Source: Methanobacteriota archaeon
GTDB lineage: Archaea; Thermoplasmatota; Thermoplasmata; RBG-16-68-12
Direction of reading: 5' to 3'
NCBI GenBank assembly: GCA_005878665.1
Contig: VBLR01000114.1
Coordinates: 3,945 to 67,944 of the forward strand
Length of the DNA stretch: 64,000 bases
Under the pieces are notes generated by a model. That model was not told where the DNA came from, did not search any database, and saw only the letters and a program-made list of their open reading frames with translations. The stretch's first letter is position 1. Each line of letters starts with the position of its first letter. The position numbers were made by a program, and so were the translations under genes. Of this stretch, positions 17,915 to 27,051 are shown piece after piece.

Positions 17915-19399
17915 ATGACGAAAGTCGCCGCGGTCGTTCGGGCGGACAACGCCGCCGAGGCGGAACGCCAGTCCCGGATGGCCCTCGAGAAAGGCGCGGA
18001 TCTTGTCGAGCTGCGGCTGGACTACGTTCGAGATCTCGGATCGTCGACAATCCGCAAACTGGCGAACGGCGTCGGCGCTCGGGCCATTGCAACGTTGCGC
18101 TCGCCGGGCCAAGGAGGCGCACCGGGCCCGAATCCTCGTCAACGCATCGCATTCCTCCGAGAGATCTGCCATTCGCGCTTTGCATATGTGGACCTCGAGC
18201 TCGAAACGGACCGGGAAGTCCTCGGAGCGCTGGGCCGTCTCGCATCGGACCATCGAACGGTGGTCATCGTCTCTCATCACTTCGCCCACGCCGTGGAGGC
18301 GCATCGGGTTTCGGAGGCTCTCGACTCGTGTGCCGCCCAAGGCGAAGTCGCCAAGGTCGCGGTCCCTGTGACCGAGGTCGATGCAGCGATTCAGCTTGTC
18401 GACCTGGCCCGGTCGGGGAGCGGCCGTCCGAATCGTTTCATCCTGATTGGGATGGGCGGTGCCGCCATCGTGACACGCGCCCTCGCGGACGCACTCGGCC
18501 AAGAAATCCAATACGCCTCGTGGGGGCCCTCGACCGCTGCAGGTCAACTGTCCCTTGGGACCGCCACGCGCCTCCGCGGCCGCGAGCCGATGATCCTCGG
18601 CTTGATTGGCCATCCGGTCGAGCACTCGATTTCTTCGACGATGCACGAGGCGGGCCTGGCCGCGCTGGGCCTGCCCGCCGTCTACCTGCCTTTCGACATC
18701 CTGCCCGAACGACTGGATCGGTTCCTCCTCGCGGCTGAGCGCCTTCGAATCCGAGGCTTCAATGTGACAAGCCCGCACAAGGAGGCGGTGGTCCGATCCG
18801 TGGACGAACTCGATGGCGACGCGGAACGACTTGGAGTCGTGAACACGGTCGTCCTGCGAGACGGCTGGACCACGGGCCACAACACGGACGTGTACGGATT
18901 CCGCATCTCCCTGCGGTCTCTCGGGCTGCGCGTTGGCGAGCGGAACGCCCTCGTCGTCGGTGCCGGCGGCGCCGCCAAGGCTGTCGTCGACGTCCTGCTC
19001 CGGGAAGGTGCCCACGTTCAGCTGACAAATCGCACCGCCGCGCGCGCGAAGGTTCTCGCGGACTCCTTCGACCATCGAATCGAGGTGCTCCCTGCCGAAG
19101 ACCTAACGCGAAAGGGTCCGTGGGACCTGCTCGTCAACGCGACCCCGGCGGGAACGAAAGGCGTCCACGATGGCCTCCCGGTCCCTGAGGACGTGATCGG
19201 AAAGGCGGGGTTCATCTACGATCTCGTGTACAATCCGCGGGTCACCCCCCTCCTCCGAACGGCGAAGCTTCTGAACCGCCCCGGAGCTTCCGGACTCGAG
19301 ATGCTCCTCCACCAGGGAGCGAAGGCGTTCGAGCTCTGGACCGGGCAAGTCGCTCCCTTCGATGCGATGCAGCGGGCCGCGAAGGAGGCGTTGCGATGA
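17915..19399 (+). CDS. aroE: Type I 3-dehydroquinate dehydratase - shikimate dehydrogenase fusion (AroD-AroE)
   Basis: N-terminal VELRLD/VDLEL/VSHH; C-terminal IGHPVEHSIS, FNVTSPHK, VNT, NTD, VGAGGAA, NATP, YDLVYNP, GLEML..QG. Confidence 0.9.
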   Translation: MTKVAAVVRADNAAEAERQSRMALEKGADLVELRLDYVRDLGSSTIRKLANGVGARAIATLRSPGQGGAPGPNPRQRIAFLREICHSRFAYVDLELETDREVLGALGRLASDHRTVVIVSHHFAHAVEAHRVSEALDSCAAQGEVAKVAVPVTEVDAAIQLVDLARSGSGRPNRFILIGMGGAAIVTRALADALGQEIQYASWGPSTAAGQLSLGTATRLRGREPMILGLIGHPVEHSISSTMHEAGLAALGLPAVYLPFDILPERLDRFLLAAERLRIRGFNVTSPHKEAVVRSVDELDGDAERLGVVNTVVLRDGWTTGHNTDVYGFRISLRSLGLRVGERNALVVGAGGAAKAVVDVLLREGAHVQLTNRTAARAKVLADSFDHRIEVLPAEDLTRKGPWDLLVNATPAGTKGVHDGLPVPEDVIGKAGFIYDLVYNPRVTPLLRTAKLLNRPGASGLEMLLHQGAKAFELWTGQVAPFDAMQRAAKEALR

Positions 19400-20253
19400 G
19401 GGCCCAAGCATCCTGTTTTGGTGCGGGCACAATCGTGAACGCGATTGCGACCGGCCGGGGTGCGGCCTTCGGTCTCGCGCTGCGAGCCACGGCGACTGCG
19501 GAGACTAGGCCCGAAGGCCTCGGAGTCCGGGTCCATGTGCCGGACGGACTCGACCCGACTCTTGTCCGATTGTGTGCCGAGCGAGTCCTTCGACGCGGTA
19601 CTCAACAGGTAGGCATCGAGGTCACGGTCACGTCGGAGATTCCGGTCTCTCGCGGACTGAAGAGCAGCTCCGCCGTCGCGAACGCGGTCGTCCTCGCGTG
19701 TGCTCGCGCCCTCGGCGCCCCGCTCGAGCCGCTTCGGATCATCGGGATCGGAGTGGATGCCGCCTGCGATGCCGGCGTAACGATTACCGGTGCGTTCGAC
19801 GATGCGTGCGCCTCCTTCTTCGGCGGCATTGTCGCGACGGACAACCAGGCGCGAAAAATTCTCGGTTACGATCGCTTCCCGGAGGGCCTCGTCGCGGTCG
19901 TGCAGGTGCCCGATCGGACGATTACCAAGTCGAGTCTCAAGGGCACGGACTTTGTCCAAATCCGCCCGCAGATCGAGGAGGCCTTCCGCCTTGCGATGAA
20001 AGGCGACTACTTCCGGGCGTTGAATGTCAACAGCGGGGCCTACGCGCCTTTGCTCGGGGTCGACGAGACGCCAGCGATTCGTGCGCGGGCGGCTGGGGCG
20101 AAGGCCGCGGGAATCACCGGCACGGGGCCGTCCATCCTTGCGTTAGCACAGGCGACCCACGTGGACGCCGTTCGAAGGGCGATGGACGACGGGTCCTCCG
20201 AAGTTCGCGTCGTGCGCCTGAACACGATCGAGTCGCGGGAGGTGGTCGCCTGA
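19396..20253 (+). CDS. aroK: Archaeal shikimate kinase (GHMP family)
   Basis: TIVNAIATG.G, GLKSSSA, TITGAFDDACAS. Confidence 0.92.
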   Translation: MRAQASCFGAGTIVNAIATGRGAAFGLALRATATAETRPEGLGVRVHVPDGLDPTLVRLCAERVLRRGTQQVGIEVTVTSEIPVSRGLKSSSAVANAVVLACARALGAPLEPLRIIGIGVDAACDAGVTITGAFDDACASFFGGIVATDNQARKILGYDRFPEGLVAVVQVPDRTITKSSLKGTDFVQIRPQIEEAFRLAMKGDYFRALNVNSGAYAPLLGVDETPAIRARAAGAKAAGITGTGPSILALAQATHVDAVRRAMDDGSSEVRVVRLNTIESREVVA

Positions 20254-21521
20254 GGTACCGAGTCCGCACGTCTCGAGTCTCCGGATCGATTCGTGCTCCG
20301 CCGTCGAAGAGCTACACTCACCGTGCGGTCATCCTCGCCGCCTTGTCTCACGGCCCTTGTCGCATTCGTCGGCCGCTCCTTGCGGAGGATACCGCGGCTA
20401 CGATTGCGGGCATGGCCGCGTTCGGCGCGGTGATTGAACCAACCGCGGACGGGCTCCGGGTCGTTTCGGATTCCTTGCACCCACCCAGGATGCCGATCGA
20501 CGCACGGAACTCCGGGACGACGTTGCGTCTCCTCGCGGGCGTGGCCGCGCTTCTCGATGGTTCGACGACGCTCTCGGGCGATGCGAGCCTCCAGAAACGT
20601 CCGATGGGTCCGCTCCTCGAGGCCCTCACGAGCCTCGGTGCCCGCGGATCGTCCGTTTCTGGCGATGGTCGTCCTCCCATCGAGGTCGAGGGAGTCCTGC
20701 GCGGTGGCCGCGTCTCCCTGTCCGGGTCCATCAGCTCCCAATTTCTTTCGAGTCTTCTCATCGCCTGCCCTCTCGCGGCGAATCCGTCGGAAATCCGCGT
20801 CCTTCCCCCGCGACGCTCGGAGCCATACGTCGAGGTGACGCGGCAAATGGTCCGCGCGTTCGGCGTCGAGATTGTGGTGGACGAGGACGCCTACCTCGTG
20901 CCCGGCGGGCGGACGTACCACCCGACGGATGTGGACATACCGGGGGACTTCTCGTCTGCCGCCTTTCCTCTTGTCGCCGCGGCGATCACGTGCGGAGACG
21001 TGACCGTCGAAGGCCTCGACCTCGGCTCGCCCCAAGGCGACCGCCGGATCGCCCAACTGCTGGAGTTGTTCGGGGCACGAGTGGATCTGGTTGAGGATCG
21101 CATGCGGGTGCGAAGCGGCGACCTCACAGGCCAGACGGTGGACGTCAGCAATACACCGGATCTCTTCCCTATCCTCGCGGTCCTCGCGACGCAGGCGAAT
21201 GGCGAAACGCGCTTCGTGAACGGAGACCACCTTCGAGTCAAGGAGAGCGACCGGATCGCCTCGACGGTCGCGATGCTGCGGGCCCTGGGTGCCCGAGCGG
21301 AACCGACCCCGGACGGTTGCGTCGTTCACGGACCCGCGAGCCTGCACGGCGCGTTCATCGACGCGCGGGCAGACCATCGCGTCCTGATGGCTGCCGCCAT
21401 CGCCGGTCTCGCGGCGGACGACTCGGTGGACATCTCGGATCCTTGGTGCTTCCGCGTCTCGTATCCTTCGTTCCTCGACGACATGCGAGCCCTTGGGGCC
21501 CTTCACGCGGTGGTTGAATGA
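20250..21521 (+). CDS. aroA: EPSP synthase (CTG start)
   Basis: APPSKSYTHRA, NSGTTLR, RPMGPL, SSQFLS, GDFSSA, KESDRI, DHR, SYPSF. Confidence 0.93.
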   Translation: MRYRVRTSRVSGSIRAPPSKSYTHRAVILAALSHGPCRIRRPLLAEDTAATIAGMAAFGAVIEPTADGLRVVSDSLHPPRMPIDARNSGTTLRLLAGVAALLDGSTTLSGDASLQKRPMGPLLEALTSLGARGSSVSGDGRPPIEVEGVLRGGRVSLSGSISSQFLSSLLIACPLAANPSEIRVLPPRRSEPYVEVTRQMVRAFGVEIVVDEDAYLVPGGRTYHPTDVDIPGDFSSAAFPLVAAAITCGDVTVEGLDLGSPQGDRRIAQLLELFGARVDLVEDRMRVRSGDLTGQTVDVSNTPDLFPILAVLATQANGETRFVNGDHLRVKESDRIASTVAMLRALGARAEPTPDGCVVHGPASLHGAFIDARADHRVLMAAAIAGLAADDSVDISDPWCFRVSYPSFLDDMRALGALHAVVE

Positions 21522-22591
21522 ACGTCTTCGGCACGCGATACCGGACCACGATCTTCGGGACCAGCCACGGTCCATTTGTAGGCTGCACGATTGAGGGACT
21601 GCGCTCCGGCATGCGGATCGACGAGGCCGTCGTCCAGGGGCAGCTCGACCGCCGTCGACCGGGACAGAGCCTCGTCACGACCCAGCGGAAGGAGGCGGAT
21701 CGTGTGGAATTCTCGGAAGGCATCTCGGACGGGCTCGCGACGGGCGAGCCGATCGTCGCTCTCATCCGCAACGAGGACGTGCAATCGAAATCCTATGCCA
21801 ACGCCGCGCGGGTCCCGCGTCCCGGGCATGGAGACTTCGCGGCTGCGATGAAATATGGAGGGAAGAGCGATCTCCGGGGGGGCGGCCAACTCTCGGGCCG
21901 GATGACAGCTCCATTGGTCGTCTCCGGCGCGATTGCTCGACAGGTGCTGGAACCGAAAGGCGTTCGGTTCTACGCGCATGCGGCCCAAATCGGTCGGGTC
22001 ACCGCGCAACCCGTCACTCCGCAGCAGATTGCGGCGAACGTCGAACTCAGCGCGGTCCGGTGTGCCGACCTCGAGGCGGCGGACCGCATGATCGAGGAAA
22101 TCGAGGCGGCCCGGAAAGACCGCGATAGCGTCGGCGGCGTCATCGAAGCAGTCGTGACGGGTCTCCCTCCCGGCGTGGGCGAGCCGTTCTTCGAGTCCGT
22201 CGAGTCGGCGCTCGCTCATCTCCTCTTCTCGATCCCCGCCGTGAAGGGCGTCGACTTCGGGGCCGGCTTCCGCAGCGCGTCGATGCGCGGGAGCGAGCAC
22301 AACGATCCGTTCACCGTCGAGGCCGGTCGAGTCGCGACCGAGACGAACCATGCGGGCGGCATCCTCGGCGGCATCACGAACGGCATGCCCATCACGTTCC
22401 GCGTTGCGGTCAAGCCGACCGCGTCCATCGCGAAACCGCAGCGATCCGTCGACCTGGGGACGATGCGGCCGACGGAGATTGTCGTCACGGGCCGTCATGA
22501 CCCGTGTATTGTTCCCCGGGCCGTGCCGGTCGTGGAGAACGCTGCCGCGATGGCGATCCTCGATCTCATGCTCGTGGGGGGTTTCCTTTGA
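21518..22591 (+). CDS. aroC: Chorismate synthase
   Basis: FGTSHG, RRRPG, PRPGHGD, RGGG..SGR, NHAGGILGGI, GRHDPC. Confidence 0.95.
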   Translation: MNVFGTRYRTTIFGTSHGPFVGCTIEGLRSGMRIDEAVVQGQLDRRRPGQSLVTTQRKEADRVEFSEGISDGLATGEPIVALIRNEDVQSKSYANAARVPRPGHGDFAAAMKYGGKSDLRGGGQLSGRMTAPLVVSGAIARQVLEPKGVRFYAHAAQIGRVTAQPVTPQQIAANVELSAVRCADLEAADRMIEEIEAARKDRDSVGGVIEAVVTGLPPGVGEPFFESVESALAHLLFSIPAVKGVDFGAGFRSASMRGSEHNDPFTVEAGRVATETNHAGGILGGITNGMPITFRVAVKPTASIAKPQRSVDLGTMRPTEIVVTGRHDPCIVPRAVPVVENAAAMAILDLMLVGGFL

Positions 22592-23679
22592 GCGAGACGG
22601 AAATCGCACGGCTGCGAGACGAGATCGCGGAGGTCGATCGGGAGATCATCGGCCTCGTGGCGAAGCGCCTCGATCTCGCCGCTCAGGTCGGCTCGGAGAA
22701 GAAGATACTCGGTCGGCCTCTGCGGGACCAAAGGGCGGAGGACCGTGTCCGAGCGCGGCTCTTGGCGGAGGCCACAAAGCGAGAGATCAGCCCATCATTC
22801 GGCGAGGGCCTTGCGCAGCTCCTGATCGAGGAGAGTCTGCGGCGACAGGAGAGCGTTCGATCTCTGGCGTCGCTCCACCAGCGGGTCCTAGTGGTCGGCG
22901 GCGCGGGACGCATGGGCCGGTGGCTGTGCCGATTCTTCCGATCGCGCGGGTGGGACGTCGTCGTGAATGACATCGCCGGGCCGCTCGATGGTTTCCCGTT
23001 CGAACCGAATCTGCAGAAAGGCGTGCAGGGGGCCGATGTAATCGCGGTCTCGGTTCCGATGTCTGCCTCCGCGGAGATCTTGCGCTCCATCACAGTACTG
23101 AAGCCGAAAGGTCTCGTCTTCGACGTCTGCAGCTTGAAAGCTCCGATCGAGGGAGAGCTTCGAGCGATGGGCCGGTCCGGTTTGCGAATCGCGAGCGTCC
23201 ATCCGCTGTTTGGACCGAACCTCTGGCCGATCTCGAGCGGCAGCATCACGTTCAGCGATTGCGGAAACAGCAAGGCGGTGCTCGAAGCAAGGGAATTGTT
23301 CCGCGCGAGTGGCGCGACATTTGTTGACATTTCTTTGGAGCGGCACGATGAGTCCATGGCGTTCCTCCTGGGGCTGAGCCATCTCTGCCTCTTGACCTTC
23401 GCTCGGTGCGTCGCGGAAAGCCCGTTCGACTTCGCAGGCCTGACGAGTCCCGCCGGTACGACATTCTCTCGTCTCTCAATCGCCGCTGCGGGGCTCTTGG
23501 CGGATCCTCCGACCCTGCTGAGAGACATCCAAGCGCTGAACCCCCACACTCCGCTCATTCATCGTCGGATCCGGGAGACGTTGGACGAGTGGGAGAACGC
23601 CACCGCGTCGGAGGGCTCAGATTTTCTCCATCTTGTCCGTCAAACACGAATGGACTTCTCGGGAAAGGTGTCGCTGTGA
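22588..23679 (+). CDS. tyrA: Chorismate mutase - prephenate dehydrogenase fusion
   Basis: LRDEIAEVDREII...KR (CM type II); VVGGAGRMG, DVCSLK, SVHPLFGP, HD; TTG start. Confidence 0.9.
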   Translation: MSETEIARLRDEIAEVDREIIGLVAKRLDLAAQVGSEKKILGRPLRDQRAEDRVRARLLAEATKREISPSFGEGLAQLLIEESLRRQESVRSLASLHQRVLVVGGAGRMGRWLCRFFRSRGWDVVVNDIAGPLDGFPFEPNLQKGVQGADVIAVSVPMSASAEILRSITVLKPKGLVFDVCSLKAPIEGELRAMGRSGLRIASVHPLFGPNLWPISSGSITFSDCGNSKAVLEARELFRASGATFVDISLERHDESMAFLLGLSHLCLLTFARCVAESPFDFAGLTSPAGTTFSRLSIAAAGLLADPPTLLRDIQALNPHTPLIHRRIRETLDEWENATASEGSDFLHLVRQTRMDFSGKVSL

Positions 23680-24740
23680 GCAAGGTTCCCGTGGCCGTCC
23701 TCGGGGCGACCGGGAATATCGGCCAGCGTTTCGTCAGCTTGCTCCAGGACCACCCCACGTTCGAAATCGCGGCCCTCGCCTCGTCCGAGCGAAAGGTCGG
23801 AGGATCCCTCAAAGCCTTCTGGCGGCTCGACGACGTCCCGCTCGCCCCGCACGTCGCCTCGATGGAACTGCAGCCGCTCGACTTGGGCGTCCTCCGGAAG
23901 CACGACGTCGTCGCGGCGTTCAGCGGCCTGCCTTCGGAAATCGCCGGAGACATCGAGATGGACGCCGCCCGGGTGGGTGTGCGAGTTTTCTCCAACGCGT
24001 CAGCCCACCGGATGGACCCAGATGTTCCGCTCTTGGTGCCGGAAGTGAATCCGAACCATCTTCGGCTCGTCGAACGCCAGCCAGCCTTCCGGGAGGGCGG
24101 TTTCGTCGTGACGAATCCAAATTGTTCGATCACGGGCCTGGCCCTTCCGCTGAAGCCCCTCGTGGACTCGCTCGACCTCACGGATGTCCATGTGGCCACG
24201 TACCAAGCGCTCTCCGGGGCGGGCTATCCCGGCGTCCCGTCCCTCGACATCACCGCGAACGTGATCCCTTTCATCGAGGGCGAGGAGGAAAAGATGCGCA
24301 GGGAGGCGAAGAAAATCCTTGGGTCGCTTTCCGACGGCATCTTGCCGAGTCCAATCGACGTGTGGGCGAACTGCGCCCGCGTCGCGGTGCGCGACGGTCA
24401 CCTCGAGGCCGTCTCGATTCCCCTGAAGGACGAAATTCCCGCGGGCGAAATCGCGCATCTCCTCTCCTCGTTCCGCGGAGAAGCGCAGGTTCAGCAGCTC
24501 CCGACGGCCCCGAACCAGCCGGTGATCGTCCGCGCGGAAGCGAACCGACCGCAGCCGCTGCTCGACCTCATGGCGGGCGAACCTGCGCGGGCGCGCGGGA
24601 TGGCCGCAACCATCGGCCGGATCCGCGTCGTGGAACGCGTCGTTCGCTTTTTCGTTCTATCGCACAACACGATTCGTGGCGGCGCGGGCGGGAGCGTGCT
24701 CAACGCGGAGTTCGCACACCGGAGAGGGTACCTTGACTGA
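23676..24740 (+). CDS. asd: Aspartate-semialdehyde dehydrogenase (archaeal type)
   Basis: VLGATGNIGQ, SNASAHRM, NPNCS, QALSGAG, HNTIRG.AG. Confidence 0.93.
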   Translation: MSKVPVAVLGATGNIGQRFVSLLQDHPTFEIAALASSERKVGGSLKAFWRLDDVPLAPHVASMELQPLDLGVLRKHDVVAAFSGLPSEIAGDIEMDAARVGVRVFSNASAHRMDPDVPLLVPEVNPNHLRLVERQPAFREGGFVVTNPNCSITGLALPLKPLVDSLDLTDVHVATYQALSGAGYPGVPSLDITANVIPFIEGEEEKMRREAKKILGSLSDGILPSPIDVWANCARVAVRDGHLEAVSIPLKDEIPAGEIAHLLSSFRGEAQVQQLPTAPNQPVIVRAEANRPQPLLDLMAGEPARARGMAATIGRIRVVERVVRFFVLSHNTIRGGAGGSVLNAEFAHRRGYLD

Positions 24741-26148
24741 GCCATGGAAGGTCGCGAAGTTCGGTGGGAATTGCGTCAGCACCGGGGACATGTACGAGCG
24801 GATCGCGAGCGTCGTCCACGAGGACCTGACGCGGAAGTTCCTCGTCGTGTCGGCGATTTCCGGCGTCACGGACACCCTCGTCACGATCCTGGCGCGGCCC
24901 CAGGAGGAGAAGGAGATCGACTCGTTCGTTGCAGACCTCCGCCGCAAGCATATGGACCTTTTGCCGAAGTCCCGCGAAGGCGCGACTGGGAGCGGCGGGG
25001 CGATCGACGGCCTCGCGACGAAGCTGGAGCGCCTTCTGTACGGGGTCGCGTACACGGAGGAGATCACCCCGCGCACGAGGGACTTTGTCCTCTCCTTCGG
25101 CGAGCGGCTGGCCGCGCAGGTCGTCGCGGCGAATCTGTGTCTGTTTGGAATTGACGCCGTGCCGCACGAGGCGGACGCGATCGGCCTCATCACGGACGAT
25201 ACCTACGGGAACGCCACCGCGTTGCTCGACGAGACACGCGCGCGCCTTGCGCCGTTCCTCCGGCACGAGGCGCAGGCGGGTCGGGTGAGCGTGATCACGG
25301 GATTCTTCGGTCTCTCCCGAGAAGGCAAGACCGCGACGTTCGGCCGCGGCGGATCCGATTACAGTGCCGCCGTCGTGGCGCACGCCCTCGAGCTGCCGAC
25401 GATTGAGATCTGGAAAGATGTCGGCGGGTTCATGAGCGCGGACCCGAAGATTGTTCCCGAGGCGTTTCCGCTCTCCGCGCTTTCGTACGACGAAGCTGCC
25501 GAGCTTTCGTACTTCGGTGCGAAGGCACTCCACCCCCGGTCGGTGCAGCCCGCACAGGCTTGCGGCGCATCGATTGTATTGAAAAACATTACCCGCCCGG
25601 ACGAGACAGGCACGCGGATTGGTCCCGACACGGTAGATCGGAGCGGCGATGTCAAGAGCATCTCGTATGTGCGGGATCTCGCGACCTTGAAGGTATTCGC
25701 GACGGGCGCGGGGCAGAAGGAGGGCCTGCTCTCCCAGGTTGCGACCGCTCTCACGAGCGCGGGAACGAACGTGTATAGCGCGGCGACATCGCAGACGTGC
25801 ATCGCGCTCCTCGTCGACGCGGATGCGTTGAGCCGTGCTAAGAAGGCGGTCTCCCGCCTCCCGTTCGGCCTCGTCGAGCGGATTGAAGTGCTGCCGCACG
25901 TGTCGCTGATCAGCTTCGTCGGCGAAGGCGTCGGATACACCCACGGGGTTGCCGCGCGGGTGTTTCGCGCCGTTGCGGACCGCGGCATCAACGTGCAGCT
26001 CATCTCCGCGGGTGCCTCGATGGTCGCGTACACGTTCACCGTCGACAACCAGGACCTCGAAAGGGCGGTCCAAGCGGTGCACCGAGAGTTCTTTGGACAT
26101 CGATATCCCGGGCCCCAGGCACCGGTGGGCGCCCGGAGCCACGGCTAG
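24733..26148 (+). CDS. lysC: Aspartate kinase with ACT domains
   Basis: VAKFGG, VVSA..GVTD, FGRGGSDYSA, DP, SYFGAK.LHP; TTG start. Confidence 0.92.
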   Translation: MTEPWKVAKFGGNCVSTGDMYERIASVVHEDLTRKFLVVSAISGVTDTLVTILARPQEEKEIDSFVADLRRKHMDLLPKSREGATGSGGAIDGLATKLERLLYGVAYTEEITPRTRDFVLSFGERLAAQVVAANLCLFGIDAVPHEADAIGLITDDTYGNATALLDETRARLAPFLRHEAQAGRVSVITGFFGLSREGKTATFGRGGSDYSAAVVAHALELPTIEIWKDVGGFMSADPKIVPEAFPLSALSYDEAAELSYFGAKALHPRSVQPAQACGASIVLKNITRPDETGTRIGPDTVDRSGDVKSISYVRDLATLKVFATGAGQKEGLLSQVATALTSAGTNVYSAATSQTCIALLVDADALSRAKKAVSRLPFGLVERIEVLPHVSLISFVGEGVGYTHGVAARVFRAVADRGINVQLISAGASMVAYTFTVDNQDLERAVQAVHREFFGHRYPGPQAPVGARSHG

Positions 26149-26170
26149 GCCTGGGCGATCTTCGCGGCGG

Positions 26171-26259
26171 CGGTCAATCCATATACGGAGACATATAAAA
26201 TACAATAATGCCTAAATATCATCTACACTTTCCATAAAGGGGCAGGCGAACAGAGAAAC
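26171..26259 (+). promoter_or_regulatory. AT-rich promoter region of the aldolase-like/trp block
   Basis: ACATATAAAATACAATAATGCCTAAATATCATC island in a high-GC background. Confidence 0.6.
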
Positions 26260-27051
26260 ATGTCCCTTTTCGGAGTTGAAAGGCGACAACGACGCCTCGA
26301 AGGAGGCGCGGGCCGGATCTTCGTTCTCGCTCTCGACCATGGCCTCGCTGGCGGACCCCTTCCCGGAATCGAACGGCCGACGGATCTCGTACGTGGTCTG
26401 CAGGCCGTCCCATTCTCCGGGGTCCTCGTGAATCCCGGGATGGTCCGTTCCATCTCGGCCGAGATCCCGCCCGCTTGGAGCCTCATCGTGCATCTTTCTG
26501 CCGGCGCCTTGCTCGGTTCGATGCCAGGATTCAAAGTCCTCTCCTCGACGGTGGAACATGCAGTCTCCCTCGGAGCCGACGCGGTCTCGGTCCAGATCTC
26601 GTTCGGGGACTCACGCGAGGACCGAATGATTGCGGACGCGCGGCGCGTCGTTGACCTGGCGACATCCCTCGGCCTGCCGGTTTTTCTGATGGCCCACGCG
26701 CCCGCTGAACCCGGCGGGTCCTCCGAAGATTCCGGCGCAGCGGCTCATGCGGCGCGTGCCGCCGCCGAAGTGGGCGCATCTATCGTGCAGACGAATTTCG
26801 CGGGACCGCCCGACGGTCTGCGCGAGATCGCTCACGGCTGCCCGGTGCCATTGGTCGTCGCCGGCGGACCAAAGTGTTCGACCGAGGACACGTTCCTTGA
26901 CGCCTTACGCGGGATGATGCGAGCCGGTGCGGCAGGACTTTCTGTGGGCCGTCGGGTATTTTCGGCGGCAGATCCCCCTGCGACGGCACAACGGATCGCG
27001 GACGTGATTTTCGGGAGCGTCCGGCCCTTGATCCCCGAGGCGGCGCGATGA
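26260..27051 (+). CDS. Class I aldolase (DhnA/AroA' family) paralog lacking the Schiff-base lysine
   Basis: ALDHG, HLSAG, LGADAVS, IVQTN (K replaced by Q), VAGGPK, GLSVGR. Confidence 0.8.
   Translation: MSLFGVERRQRRLEGGAGRIFVLALDHGLAGGPLPGIERPTDLVRGLQAVPFSGVLVNPGMVRSISAEIPPAWSLIVHLSAGALLGSMPGFKVLSSTVEHAVSLGADAVSVQISFGDSREDRMIADARRVVDLATSLGLPVFLMAHAPAEPGGSSEDSGAAAHAARAAAEVGASIVQTNFAGPPDGLREIAHGCPVPLVVAGGPKCSTEDTFLDALRGMMRAGAAGLSVGRRVFSAADPPATAQRIADVIFGSVRPLIPEAAR

Noticed and set aside
19572..20249. 226-codon N-terminal extension of aroA in the ORF track
   Set aside because: It overlaps aroK out of frame and is Arg-rich with no motifs; the real start is best placed at CTG 20250
26227..26232. 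Extra ACTTTC hexamers (trp promoter; also minus-strand copies inside genes near 2545 and 31928)
   Set aside because: They lack the extended (A/G)C(C/T)xAxC part and the spacing to a TATA box; a hexamer alone is expected by chance
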